64,000 nt of DNA from Candidatus Bathyarchaeota archaeon (lineage in GTDB: Archaea; Thermoproteota; Bathyarchaeia; Bathyarchaeales; Bathycorpusculaceae): positions 96,001-160,000 of the forward strand of contig CAWEPZ010000002.1 of assembly GCA_963811105.1 (NCBI GenBank), written 5' to 3'. The notes below the pieces were generated by a model. It did no database searches, was not told where the DNA came from, and was given only the letters and a program-made list of their open reading frames with translations. Below, in pieces: positions 31,618 to 40,618 of the stretch (positions within the stretch are counted from its first letter, which is position 1; the number at the start of each line of letters is the position of its first letter). The translations under genes were made by a program, and so were the position numbers.

Positions 31618-33042
31618 TTATGCTCCTCTTGTTTGTTTTCCCATTATACAGCCCGGGTCAGAATCCAGCATGTCACCGTTATGGTATGCTGCTGAACGTG
31701 CTCTGCATCCCCCACAGATGTATTTGTAAGTACATTTTCCGCAGGCGCCTTTGAGGTTTGCTCGGTTTCTGAAGGAGATGAAGAGTGGTGCGTTTAACCA
31801 TATGTCTTGGAACTTTTTGGTTTTCAAGTTGCCAACATTTACTGGCAAGAAGACACATGGGTGAACATCTCCCTGTGGCGACAACGAACAATACAGCCTT
31901 CCTGCCCCACATCCGCCTATGAAGTCTGCCAGTGGCACAGCTTTCTTGGTTACTTTAACTGTTTGTAAGTGCGCCATAGACATTGTTACTTCGCCGGTAC
32001 CTTTGGGTCCTTGACACTGTAACCCCACCCGGGCCAATTGTGGTGCAGTTGTAAGTATGGTTGTTTTACAGCCCTTCGACATTCGTGCTAGTAGGTACCG
32101 CATGAGCTTTTCCCGCTCTTCCGGTGATAGGTCCTCTTCGTAATGTGATTTGCCTCTGCCTGCTGGAACAAAATTGAAATTGGTGAATCTTTCTGCGCCT
32201 ATCTCCTCAGCTAAATCTATTATTGCTGGCATTTCTTCAAGGTTACTTTTCGTAGCTGTGGTAGCTATGCAGACACATAAATCAGCTTCTACACAATTCT
32301 TCAAGCCAGCCACTGCTTGATCAAACGCGCCCCGTACACCACGGAATTCATCGTGCGTTTTGGCGGATGCCCCATCGATGCTAATGTCTAAGTAGTTTAC
32401 TCCAGCTTGCTTGAGCTTCTCAACGTTTTCCTTGGTCAGCAGGGTACCGTTTGTAGCAACTGAAATGTAGAGTCCACGGTCTGCTGCGTGTCGTGCAACT
32501 TGGAAGAAGTCTTCCCTGGTGAGGGGTTCGCCGCCCGAGAATGCAAGCGCCGTTAATCCAGCATCTGCAAGCTGGTCCACTACTGCCAGCGCTTCCTGGG
32601 TTGTAAGTTCCTTTTCTTTGACGGCGCCGCTGTTTGAGTAGCAATGTTTGCAGTTCAAATTGCATTTATGCGTAAAATCCCAAACAATCAAAAACGGAGC
32701 ATAAAGAGAAATGGGTTTCTTGATTCCCATGTAAGCAAAACTTTTGGTTAAATTCATTACTGCTCGCCGAGCGTAGGGGTCAGCTAAGAGTTTCTCAACT
32801 TTTTCCCGTTTAAGGTTTAAACTGCGCCTTAAGAATTCAAGCCAGAACCCAATGATCTGAGAGTAAAGAGGACTACATTTCTCGCAGTTCAGCTTGGTTT
32901 TCCCTGTGTAATTGTCTAATGCTGCTTCAAGAACAGTTCTGCCGCAGGCGGGGCATTTTTTGAGTGATAGCAGAAGCATTTTCTTTGTCATAGGCAACTT
33001 TATAACTGCATTCCAGAAGCTATCGTAACTAAGCATGCTCAA
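31618..33042 (-). CDS. radical SAM/SPASM protein with N-terminal extension, GMGT-synthase (Gms)-like
   Basis: N-terminal CPAC/CEKC domain, DPYARRA, APFLIVWDFTHKCNLNCKHC, ILTTAPQLARV, GGCGAGR, CGKCTYKYICGGC; the Gms assignment is from recalled similarity only. Confidence 0.7.
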   Translation of the reverse strand: MSMLSYDSFWNAVIKLPMTKKMLLLSLKKCPACGRTVLEAALDNYTGKTKLNCEKCSPLYSQIIGFWLEFLRRSLNLKREKVEKLLADPYARRAVMNLTKSFAYMGIKKPISLYAPFLIVWDFTHKCNLNCKHCYSNSGAVKEKELTTQEALAVVDQLADAGLTALAFSGGEPLTREDFFQVARHAADRGLYISVATNGTLLTKENVEKLKQAGVNYLDISIDGASAKTHDEFRGVRGAFDQAVAGLKNCVEADLCVCIATTATKSNLEEMPAIIDLAEEIGAERFTNFNFVPAGRGKSHYEEDLSPEEREKLMRYLLARMSKGCKTTILTTAPQLARVGLQCQGPKGTGEVTMSMAHLQTVKVTKKAVPLADFIGGCGAGRLYCSLSPQGDVHPCVFLPVNVGNLKTKKFQDIWLNAPLFISFRNRANLKGACGKCTYKYICGGCRARSAAYHNGDMLDSDPGCIMGKQTRGA

Positions 33043-33124
33043 CCAAATTGCCCTCCTGACATAGTAACAGGTGTAGAGTAGGTTGTCTGATAATGTTAAG
33101 TATTTCTCTTAAACGCCTTAATGA

Positions 33125-33757
33125 CTAATCGATGTTCATTTTGAGGCGTTGTTTCATTGTCTCGTCTGCAATCTCTAAATCCTTAATAGTGTTAATGTTG
33201 AGGAGCACTTCAACTTCTTTTGTAATAATGGCGCATGTTTCAATTTTGCCTTCTTCTTGGATTCTGGCTCCGTTAATTATGTTGACCCCTGAAACAGCAT
33301 ACCACACGCCCCTGTACTCATCAGTAGAGTCAACGGACAATCCTAAGCCCTCCCGCGTTTCGATGGGCACAAAAACCGCAAAGAAATCTTTACCGCAAAC
33401 TTCAAACTGGCTGATGATTCTATCGAGGAATTTGCCTGTAACAGCTGGGGAATCAGCTGGAATCGTCAATACGGGACCCATCAAATTGGCTTGGCGAACC
33501 GCCTGTTTCAAGTCATCATGATAGCCTTTTGCGTCAGTGTGTAGCACTTTCCATCCTTTGTTTTGGCAATGCTTCTCTGTTTCAGGCGTGTTGCCACTGG
33601 TTACAACATAAAAGTCTGAAATCTTTTGTGCGCAGACAACTGCTTCCGTGACCCAATCAATCAGTGGTTTACTTTGAAGAGGCAAAAGCGGTTTCTCAAC
33701 TGGCAAACCAATACGTTTTCCTTTTCCGCCAGCCATAATCAAAGCGGGAACATTCAT
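33125..33757 (-). CDS. cobY: CobY-like nucleotidyltransferase (second copy)
   Basis: ALIMAGGKGKR, EKPL, GYHDDL, PADSP, NINT. Confidence 0.85.
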   Translation of the reverse strand: MNVPALIMAGGKGKRIGLPVEKPLLPLQSKPLIDWVTEAVVCAQKISDFYVVTSGNTPETEKHCQNKGWKVLHTDAKGYHDDLKQAVRQANLMGPVLTIPADSPAVTGKFLDRIISQFEVCGKDFFAVFVPIETREGLGLSVDSTDEYRGVWYAVSGVNIINGARIQEEGKIETCAIITKEVEVLLNINTIKDLEIADETMKQRLKMNID

Positions 33758-34584
33758 AGTAACATCAACACGCCTGCAAGCAAAATAAGCGTAGTTGCCC
33801 TGGCCACTTCATTTGTTGCTCCAATCGTGTCGCCTGAAACTCCTCCAAAAGCATTGTTCGAAACTTTTAACATAAGAAATGCCACTGGAATACTGACCAA
33901 TGTTAACGCCACACCGATTAAGCCTAAGAATGGATTAAGCGTTAATGCAAAAAATGGGTAAGCAATTAAGATCGAAAGCAGATAGGCGACTATGTTTAGT
34001 TTCTTTTTGGCTTTCGCCAGGAAAATTGAGCCTAACCCTTTATGTGTAGGTTTCCCAACCCAGACAATTGTGACCATAGCTAATTTTGCTGAAACTTCAG
34101 CGGCTATAATTGCTCCGAAGGCAAAAAGCGGGTTAATCAAAAACAAGCCTGCGAAAGCGGTAAACTCCACAATCATCGCAAGGAGCGCCCCCCAGTAAGT
34201 GACCGTCCAAGCGTGCGCAACGGTTTTTCGGTCATGCAGATTTCTCAAGCCAAATGTGTTGCCTAAATCGATTAAGCCGTCGAAGTGTTGAAGCCCAGTT
34301 AAAACCAGCAGGAATGCCACCGTCATCGCAGAAACCGCGAGCTTAGATAGGAAATCTGTTGGCAGGGTAATGAATTGATTAGCTAGACCAAGCAATAAAT
34401 GAAGGATGTAGTTTGCGCCTAAAAAGTAGCCTGCCGCAAGTACGCCTATGAAGCCGCCGATAAGCGGAAACAGGTACATATGCTCGGCGGTGTTGAAAAT
34501 ATAATCTTCCCCTCCGCAAACAGGAATGATGGTTAGGAAAGATAGCAAATCCCTAAAAGTTTTTATAGTTTTCACAGGCGACAT
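33754..34584 (-). CDS. cobS: divergent CobS-like (cobamide synthase family) membrane protein
   Basis: LSFLTIIP, FPLIG, HFDGLID and GGVSGDTIGATNE motifs; lacks the MxDxxxGxxG motif. Confidence 0.8.
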   Translation of the reverse strand: MSPVKTIKTFRDLLSFLTIIPVCGGEDYIFNTAEHMYLFPLIGGFIGVLAAGYFLGANYILHLLLGLANQFITLPTDFLSKLAVSAMTVAFLLVLTGLQHFDGLIDLGNTFGLRNLHDRKTVAHAWTVTYWGALLAMIVEFTAFAGLFLINPLFAFGAIIAAEVSAKLAMVTIVWVGKPTHKGLGSIFLAKAKKKLNIVAYLLSILIAYPFFALTLNPFLGLIGVALTLVSIPVAFLMLKVSNNAFGGVSGDTIGATNEVARATTLILLAGVLMLL

Positions 34585-34631
34585 ATACCCTAAACTACCT
34601 GAAACAGAATATAGGCTTTGTCGTGGATTAT

Positions 34632-35567
34632 ATGGGGGAATTACAGGGAAAAAAAATAGTAGTTACTGGTGGCGCAGGTTTCATCGGCTATCATCTGTGC
34701 AAAAGGCTGTCGGATTTAGTATCTGACTTGATAATATACGATAACTTATCAAGCGGCACCATGCAAAACGTGAAAGATGTTCCCAAAGTAAAATTGGTAA
34801 AGGGAGACATTTTAGACCTCAAAAAAATGCTTTCACTAGATAAGGCTGATTTAATTTATCATTTAGCTGCTCAGGTTGTTGTGCCCTATTCGATGGAAAA
34901 TCCTCTTATTGATTTTGAAACAAACGCTAAGGGGACCGTGCAGGTTCTTGAGAAAGCGCGCAAAGATGATGCTAAACTGGTTTTCGCCTCCAGCGCTGCC
35001 GTTTACGGTAACCCAACCGTTTTTCCAACTCCTGAGAGTTATGGTTTTCACCCCTTCTCATGCTACGGTTTATCCAAAGTTGTGGGTGAAGAATATTGTG
35101 ACATGTACAAGAGCCAGTATGGTTTAGACGTCACAATAATGCGGTTTGCGAATGTTTACGGGTTAAGATGCCACGGAGTCATCCACGACTTCTTAGACAA
35201 ACTTGCTGCGAACCCAGGTAAACTGGAAATAATCGGCACAGGTTTGCAGTCTAGAGATTTCGTCAATGTGTCTGATGTGGTTGATGCGCTTGTTACTGTC
35301 GGCGCTGAGGATTCTGCTAATGGTAAGGTTTACAATTTAGGGTTTGGAACAACAACAACTATAATTGACCTTGCCAAAATGATGCTGAAAATTCTGGGTT
35401 TAGAAAAGAAGACTTTCATTACAACAACCGGTGTCTCTTGGCAGGGTGATGTCACTAAGATATGGTTTGATAACTCCAAAGCAAAGAAAGAATTGAATTG
35501 GAACCCAAAAATAACTCTTGAAGAAAGTATCAAGGAAGTTATTGCTGCGAGGAAATTCTCGAAATGA
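34632..35567 (+). CDS. NAD-dependent NDP-sugar epimerase/dehydratase
   Basis: VTGGAGFIG, ASSAAVYG, YGLSK, RFANVYG. Confidence 0.93.
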   Translation: MGELQGKKIVVTGGAGFIGYHLCKRLSDLVSDLIIYDNLSSGTMQNVKDVPKVKLVKGDILDLKKMLSLDKADLIYHLAAQVVVPYSMENPLIDFETNAKGTVQVLEKARKDDAKLVFASSAAVYGNPTVFPTPESYGFHPFSCYGLSKVVGEEYCDMYKSQYGLDVTIMRFANVYGLRCHGVIHDFLDKLAANPGKLEIIGTGLQSRDFVNVSDVVDALVTVGAEDSANGKVYNLGFGTTTTIIDLAKMMLKILGLEKKTFITTTGVSWQGDVTKIWFDNSKAKKELNWNPKITLEESIKEVIAARKFSK

Positions 35568-36451
35568 CCCGTCCAGCGCCAGCAAGAGGATTGATCGCTC
35601 TGTTGCGTCTTCCCTACTGGCTGATGACTGGCGGTTTATCGCTTCTAACAGCTTTTGCCATCTCAAAAAATCCCCTCAACCTCAGCATACCTACTCTTGT
35701 GTTGATTTTCTTCTCCATGGCACTTATCACTTCAGCAGGCTTCGCAATCAACGACTACTTTGATAGAGAAAGCGACGCGGTAATCAAACCAAAACGTCCT
35801 ATCCCTTCAGGTGCCCTTTCACTTAAGCAAGTGATCACTATTTCTGGCGTGCTTTTCTCTGTAGGCTTGGTTATGGCTGCTTACATTAATTGGCTAAGCT
35901 TTGCAATTATCGCTGTGGATTCTGTATTGCTTTTGATCTATTCAATTCTTGTTAAGCGCAAATCTGGTTTTGTCGCTAACGTTTTGATTGGCATTTTAAC
36001 TGGAACTGCTTTTCTGTTTGGAGAAGCAACCATCTCCGTCCCTCCAACAATAAGCTTGATTTCCCTAAGTCTATACCCAATAGCTTTCGGAACAATCGGC
36101 GGCAACATCCTGCGCGATGTTCTTAGCCTTGAAGGCGATCAAAAAGTTAGTTATCCAACACTTCCCCAAAAAATCGGCATCACTGGTTCAACCAAAGCAG
36201 CTGCGGTTTTCTTCACATTAACCGGTGTGCTTGCGCCTCTTCCCATCTTCATAGGCAACTTTGGTATTTACTACTTGCCCTTCATTCTCTTGTGGAGTGT
36301 TCTACTAGTTTACTGTTCAATACGCCTTGTAACTGCTTCTTCAACGATAGCCAATATTCGGAAATATGAGCGGCTTGTTACTATGTCGATGATTTTGCTT
36401 CCATTAGCATTAATAATTCAGGCGATATCTCGCATACTTGGAGGGGCTTAA
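35564..36451 (+). CDS. UbiA-family prenyltransferase, DGGGP-synthase-like
   Basis: NDYFDRESDAVIKPKRPIPSG, second motif RDVLSLEGD..TLP, many TM helices. Confidence 0.85.
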   Translation: MTRPAPARGLIALLRLPYWLMTGGLSLLTAFAISKNPLNLSIPTLVLIFFSMALITSAGFAINDYFDRESDAVIKPKRPIPSGALSLKQVITISGVLFSVGLVMAAYINWLSFAIIAVDSVLLLIYSILVKRKSGFVANVLIGILTGTAFLFGEATISVPPTISLISLSLYPIAFGTIGGNILRDVLSLEGDQKVSYPTLPQKIGITGSTKAAAVFFTLTGVLAPLPIFIGNFGIYYLPFILLWSVLLVYCSIRLVTASSTIANIRKYERLVTMSMILLPLALIIQAISRILGGA

Positions 36452-37919
36452 CGTAAGCAAAACAAAGAGTGTCTGTCCTGAATGCCAGAAAAAAATCGAT
36501 GCCCAATTAACGCAGGCTAACGGAAAAATCAAAATTACCAAGCAATGCCTCGAACACGGCGATTTTGAAGCTACGCATTGGCAAAGCCTAAGCGTATACA
36601 ATCACATGCAAACCTACGACACCTTCCAGTATCTTGGTGACTTGAATGCACCAAAAGACCCCGAAGGCTGCCCCTACGTCTGCGAAACCTGCAACAATCA
36701 TGCTTCAGGCACGGTCATAGGCGTTATTGACGTAACTAAACGTTGCAACTTCAAATGTGCAGTTTGCTTCTCGACTTTTCCTCAGCAAGAAGTCGATTAT
36801 GAACCCACCAAAGAAGCGCTCATTGACATGCTTGTGTTCGTAAGCAAAGCTAACCCCAAGCCACCAGCAATCTTGTTTTCAGGAGGAGAACCGTTAGAAC
36901 GAGAAGATATGCCTGAAATAATTGGTGCAGCGCACAGACTAAAGTTTATGACTATTTTGGCGACCAATGGAACTCATTTGGTTGACACTCCGGGGCTAGC
37001 GAAGAAGCTTAAAGATAACGGTTTGAACATCGTTTATTTATCGTTTGATAGTTTCCATGAAGAATTCAACAAGAAAGTTAGAGGACGAGAGCTCTTAGAT
37101 ATTAAACTTAACGCTATTGAGGTTTGCCGTAAATACGACATGGAAATCATCTTAGTTAACACGTTGATGAAGAGTTTAAACGATAAAGAAGTCGGCGACA
37201 TGATAAGGTTCGCCGCCAAAAACACCGAGATTGTTCGAGGACTAATTTTCCAGCCCATAGCCTTCACTGGCCGAGCCACCGAAAACCCATTCCGTGAAAA
37301 CTTCCGTGAATGGTCCTTTGCGGAAGACGTTGAAAAACAAACCTTCGGGGAAATAAAAACCAAAGACCTGTTTCCCATGTCAGTTATGACTTCGCCAATT
37401 AAAATAATGCGAAAATTCATGCAAAAACCTTGGCCTCTCTTCTCTTGCAGTCCTCAATGCGGAATTGTAAACTGGGTTTACGTTTCTGAAGACGGCAAAA
37501 TGTTCCCAATCAACCGCTTTGTCAACTTTGACAGGTTCTTTAACTACATTCGAAAAACCGCTGAAAATGCTGAATCAAAAGGAAAATTTTCATTGCTGTC
37601 ATCACTATTCATGGCATCAATGCTTTCAATGAATATGTTCCTAGTCACCAAAGAAGTAGGTATGCTAACCTTGATGAAATCGATTATGCGCATGCATCTT
37701 GCACCATCTTACCAATCGCTGGGAAAAATCCGCAGACGCATCTTCCTCCTTGGCTGCATGGCATTTATGGACTCCTACAACTTCGACGTAAACCGAGTAA
37801 GACGATGCGTTGTGCACTATATCACGCCGAATAAGAAAATCATACCATTCTGCGCCTACAACAACATACACCGAGTCGCAATCGAGAAGCAATTCGGTGA
37901 AAGACAAAAGAAAGCTTAG
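36438..37919 (+). CDS. tes: tetraether lipid synthase (Tes/GDGT-MAS, MJ0619 family)-like radical SAM protein
   Basis: SVCPEC...CLEHG metal site, GCPYVCETCNNH, CNFKCAVC, CSPQCG, CMAFMDSYNFDVNRVRRCVVHY, IIPFCAYN. Confidence 0.8.
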   Translation: MEGLNVSKTKSVCPECQKKIDAQLTQANGKIKITKQCLEHGDFEATHWQSLSVYNHMQTYDTFQYLGDLNAPKDPEGCPYVCETCNNHASGTVIGVIDVTKRCNFKCAVCFSTFPQQEVDYEPTKEALIDMLVFVSKANPKPPAILFSGGEPLEREDMPEIIGAAHRLKFMTILATNGTHLVDTPGLAKKLKDNGLNIVYLSFDSFHEEFNKKVRGRELLDIKLNAIEVCRKYDMEIILVNTLMKSLNDKEVGDMIRFAAKNTEIVRGLIFQPIAFTGRATENPFRENFREWSFAEDVEKQTFGEIKTKDLFPMSVMTSPIKIMRKFMQKPWPLFSCSPQCGIVNWVYVSEDGKMFPINRFVNFDRFFNYIRKTAENAESKGKFSLLSSLFMASMLSMNMFLVTKEVGMLTLMKSIMRMHLAPSYQSLGKIRRRIFLLGCMAFMDSYNFDVNRVRRCVVHYITPNKKIIPFCAYNNIHRVAIEKQFGERQKKA

Positions 37920-38005
37920 TTAAGAAGCCTTAAACTTGACAACCTTTTTGCTTAGTCTGGTTAGAAAACAGACGCTAACAAGTTGAATTGAAGTATTCTA
38001 TTTTA

Positions 38006-38527
38006 TTAACTGGAAACTTGTATGTTTAAGACGCAGTAGTTATTGGTAAACTCGTAGGTCGATGTGTCAGGGTTTAAGCGCCAGAGTTCAAAAATAACCG
38101 AGTAACTTCCCACCTGATTTTCAGTAATTGTTTGTAAGCTTTGCCAAGATTTCCCGTTCTCCAACGTTATTGTTGTGGTGTTGATAGCTGGGGTATTAAC
38201 TGGTATGGTGGACAGGTTTGGAGTGATTTTAGTTAAGACTTGAAATTGTGTAGTGGCTCCCCTGTGGTTTTCAACGGCTAGCCACACACTAAATGTGCTG
38301 TTGTAGTTAGCCACTAGCGTGGCAGGGTAATTATCAGCGGTTTTCTGGGTGTCGAGGAGGTAAATTGTGCTGTAGCCTTCTGGTTTAGCTGGGAACGCTA
38401 TAAAGTAGACTGCAGCTACTACAGAAACAATAATTAAAACAACAAAGATGGCGATTACGATGCCTTTATCATCGTTTATGCCGATTTTCCTTCCAATGCT
38501 GTTGACACGTTCTAATCGTATTTGCAT
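38006..38527 (-). CDS. DUF1616-like membrane-anchored protein
   Basis: one TM helix then EGYSTIYLL, ADNYP, VENH and VIFELW. Confidence 0.7.
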   Translation of the reverse strand: MQIRLERVNSIGRKIGINDDKGIVIAIFVVLIIVSVVAAVYFIAFPAKPEGYSTIYLLDTQKTADNYPATLVANYNSTFSVWLAVENHRGATTQFQVLTKITPNLSTIPVNTPAINTTTITLENGKSWQSLQTITENQVGSYSVIFELWRLNPDTSTYEFTNNYCVLNIQVSS

Positions 38528-39206
38528 CTAGAAGCCCCTTAAATATAGTGCTAAATATCTCAATCCCTGACTTAAATGGTTTAAGCTTAGTTTTCCCATA
38601 TTTTCTGGCTTTGTAAGTGGTGGGGATTTCAACCATGTTGTAGCCTTCTTTAGCGAATCCGATAAGCATCTCCGTAGCGTAAGCCATGTCATTCTCTTTT
38701 AACTCTACTCTATCAATGGCATCATGAGATATCGCTCGAAACCCCGATTGGCTGTCACTTAAGAATTGGCTATAGAAGAAGTCAAAAGTAAACGTGATTA
38801 TTTTGTTGCCTATGAAATTTAAAAGGCCCATGGCTTTGTTTGGGTCATACATGCGTGTGGCTAAAACCATGTCGGCGTCTTTCTCAACCATCCGCTCAAT
38901 CATGCGGTTGATGTGCTTTACTTCGTAGGTTCCATCGCCGTCAACCATTACAATGATGTTGCCTTTGGCGTTTTTCATCCCTGTTTTTAGTGCTAAGCCA
39001 TAACCGCGTCTTGGTTCAATTATAAGTCTACAGAAATTTGTATCTTTAACGATTTCTATGGTTCCATCTGTTGAGTTGCTGTCAACAACAATAATTTCTT
39101 TGGGGTAGGCTAACTCTTTCTGGATGGTGGTGACAGCTTCAAGAATGTTTCCTGCTTCATTAAGTGTTGGAATGACTACCGAGACCAAATCCACTTTTGA
39201 CGTCAT
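38469..39206 (-). CDS. GT2 glycosyltransferase (DPM-synthase-like)
   Basis: VVIPTLNE, STDGT, GYGLAL, VDGDGTY, DSQSGFR. Confidence 0.92.
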   Translation of the reverse strand: MTSKVDLVSVVIPTLNEAGNILEAVTTIQKELAYPKEIIVVDSNSTDGTIEIVKDTNFCRLIIEPRRGYGLALKTGMKNAKGNIIVMVDGDGTYEVKHINRMIERMVEKDADMVLATRMYDPNKAMGLLNFIGNKIITFTFDFFYSQFLSDSQSGFRAISHDAIDRVELKENDMAYATEMLIGFAKEGYNMVEIPTTYKARKYGKTKLKPFKSGIEIFSTIFKGLLDANTIRTCQQHWKENRHKR

Positions 39207-39255
39207 ATGCATACCCCCAATATTTTGCAAAGGCTATATTGTTTCCGCAACATGG

Positions 39256-40440
39256 TTAAATAAGCTCTTCGTATATCTCGATGAGTGTTTCAACGTTCTT
39301 ATCCCAACTATATTTCTCTTCCATCATCGCTCTAAGCTCTGATTTGCGTGAGCCCCAATCAGCCTCTGAAAACTCCAAAATCGACTCTGCCATCGCCTCA
39401 GGCTTGTTAGGTGCCACAAGTTTCCCAAACCTTTGATTCAAGATTTCGCTTATTCCTCCCACATTTGTTGCTATAACAGGTAATCCGCAAGACATGGCTT
39501 CAAGTGCAACCAAAGGCAAGCCTTCACCAGATTTAGATGGTAACACAAAGAAGTCTGCGGCGTTATAGTAGAACGGTAAATCTTCATCGGTCACAAACCC
39601 AGTGAGCTTAAAGTTGTTTTCTATTCCTAGTTGCTTAGTTTTGATTTGTACGCTGCTTTGGTCTGGTCCTTTTCCAACTACAAGAAAGAAAATGTTTGGT
39701 CTCTTCTTGACTGCGATATTGGCGCCTTCAATTAATGTGTCAATGCCATTTTTGTAAACCAGCCGCCTAACAGTCAGCACCACAGTTGCGTTTTGTGGAA
39801 TTCCAAGTTTTCTGCGCATTTCCTCACGTTTTCCCGCTAGAGGTCTGAAACGAGCCAAATCGACACCGTTACGTAGCACTGTAATCTTGCTTGGTTTTGC
39901 TCCTAAACTTAAAACATAATCTCTGGAAGCGTTACTTACTGCGATTATTTTGTCTGCTTGTTTAAGTGTTTCCTTTCCAACCGCAAGGTCGTTTAACCGT
40001 TCGACTGTATCAAACAAATTGTCGTATTCAATGAAAGTGTTATGCTGTGTTAAAACAAACGGCTTAGAGTACCTTCTCGCAAGTTTGCCGGCAATAAGTG
40101 AGGTTAAGTAAGGGTGACCATGAGCGTGAACTATTTTGCTTGATTTTACCGCCCTAAGAAAAGTCTTAAAGCTGCTTACTGTCGGAATGGGGTAGGGGAT
40201 TCCAAGACTGAATCCAGTGTTAAGCGAAGGATAGCATTCAACGTTGATTCCATCAAGAACATAACGTTTGGGCGTCCCAATCCTGCTGGTTACAACCATG
40301 GGTATAAAATTTCTCTGCAGAAGCCGTGTACTTTGTTCATAAACAACCTTCTCTATTCCGCCAACATGCGGCAGAAAAGTGTGTGTAACAATGCACAGTC
40401 GTGTTTGAACCATGGAAGCCCAACTGCGTAAACTCCTCAA
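39256..40440 (-). CDS. GT4 glycosyltransferase
   Basis: PHVGGIE, HAHGH, RNGVD, EGLPLVALEAMSCGLPV. Confidence 0.92.
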   Translation of the reverse strand: MRSLRSWASMVQTRLCIVTHTFLPHVGGIEKVVYEQSTRLLQRNFIPMVVTSRIGTPKRYVLDGINVECYPSLNTGFSLGIPYPIPTVSSFKTFLRAVKSSKIVHAHGHPYLTSLIAGKLARRYSKPFVLTQHNTFIEYDNLFDTVERLNDLAVGKETLKQADKIIAVSNASRDYVLSLGAKPSKITVLRNGVDLARFRPLAGKREEMRRKLGIPQNATVVLTVRRLVYKNGIDTLIEGANIAVKKRPNIFFLVVGKGPDQSSVQIKTKQLGIENNFKLTGFVTDEDLPFYYNAADFFVLPSKSGEGLPLVALEAMSCGLPVIATNVGGISEILNQRFGKLVAPNKPEAMAESILEFSEADWGSRKSELRAMMEEKYSWDKNVETLIEIYEELI

Positions 40441-40618
40441 TCAACATAGTATTATAATCTTATGGAAAAACAAATTTGAACCCAAAAAAGACTAAAAGGT
40501 CTACTTTTAGTTGCCTAAAACATAAAACAAGTAGTTTAGTTCTCCACTACCGTCAATTTAGTGGTAAAGTCATCTACAAATTGATGCTCCTACCCCCATA
40601 ATTGCAGAGGCGGAAGCG

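Noticed and set aside
3300-37919. RiPP cluster interpretation of the radical SAM concentration
   Set aside because: No convincing precursor peptide, RRE/PqqD domain, peptidase or exporter seen; lipid and cobamide genes explain the context better
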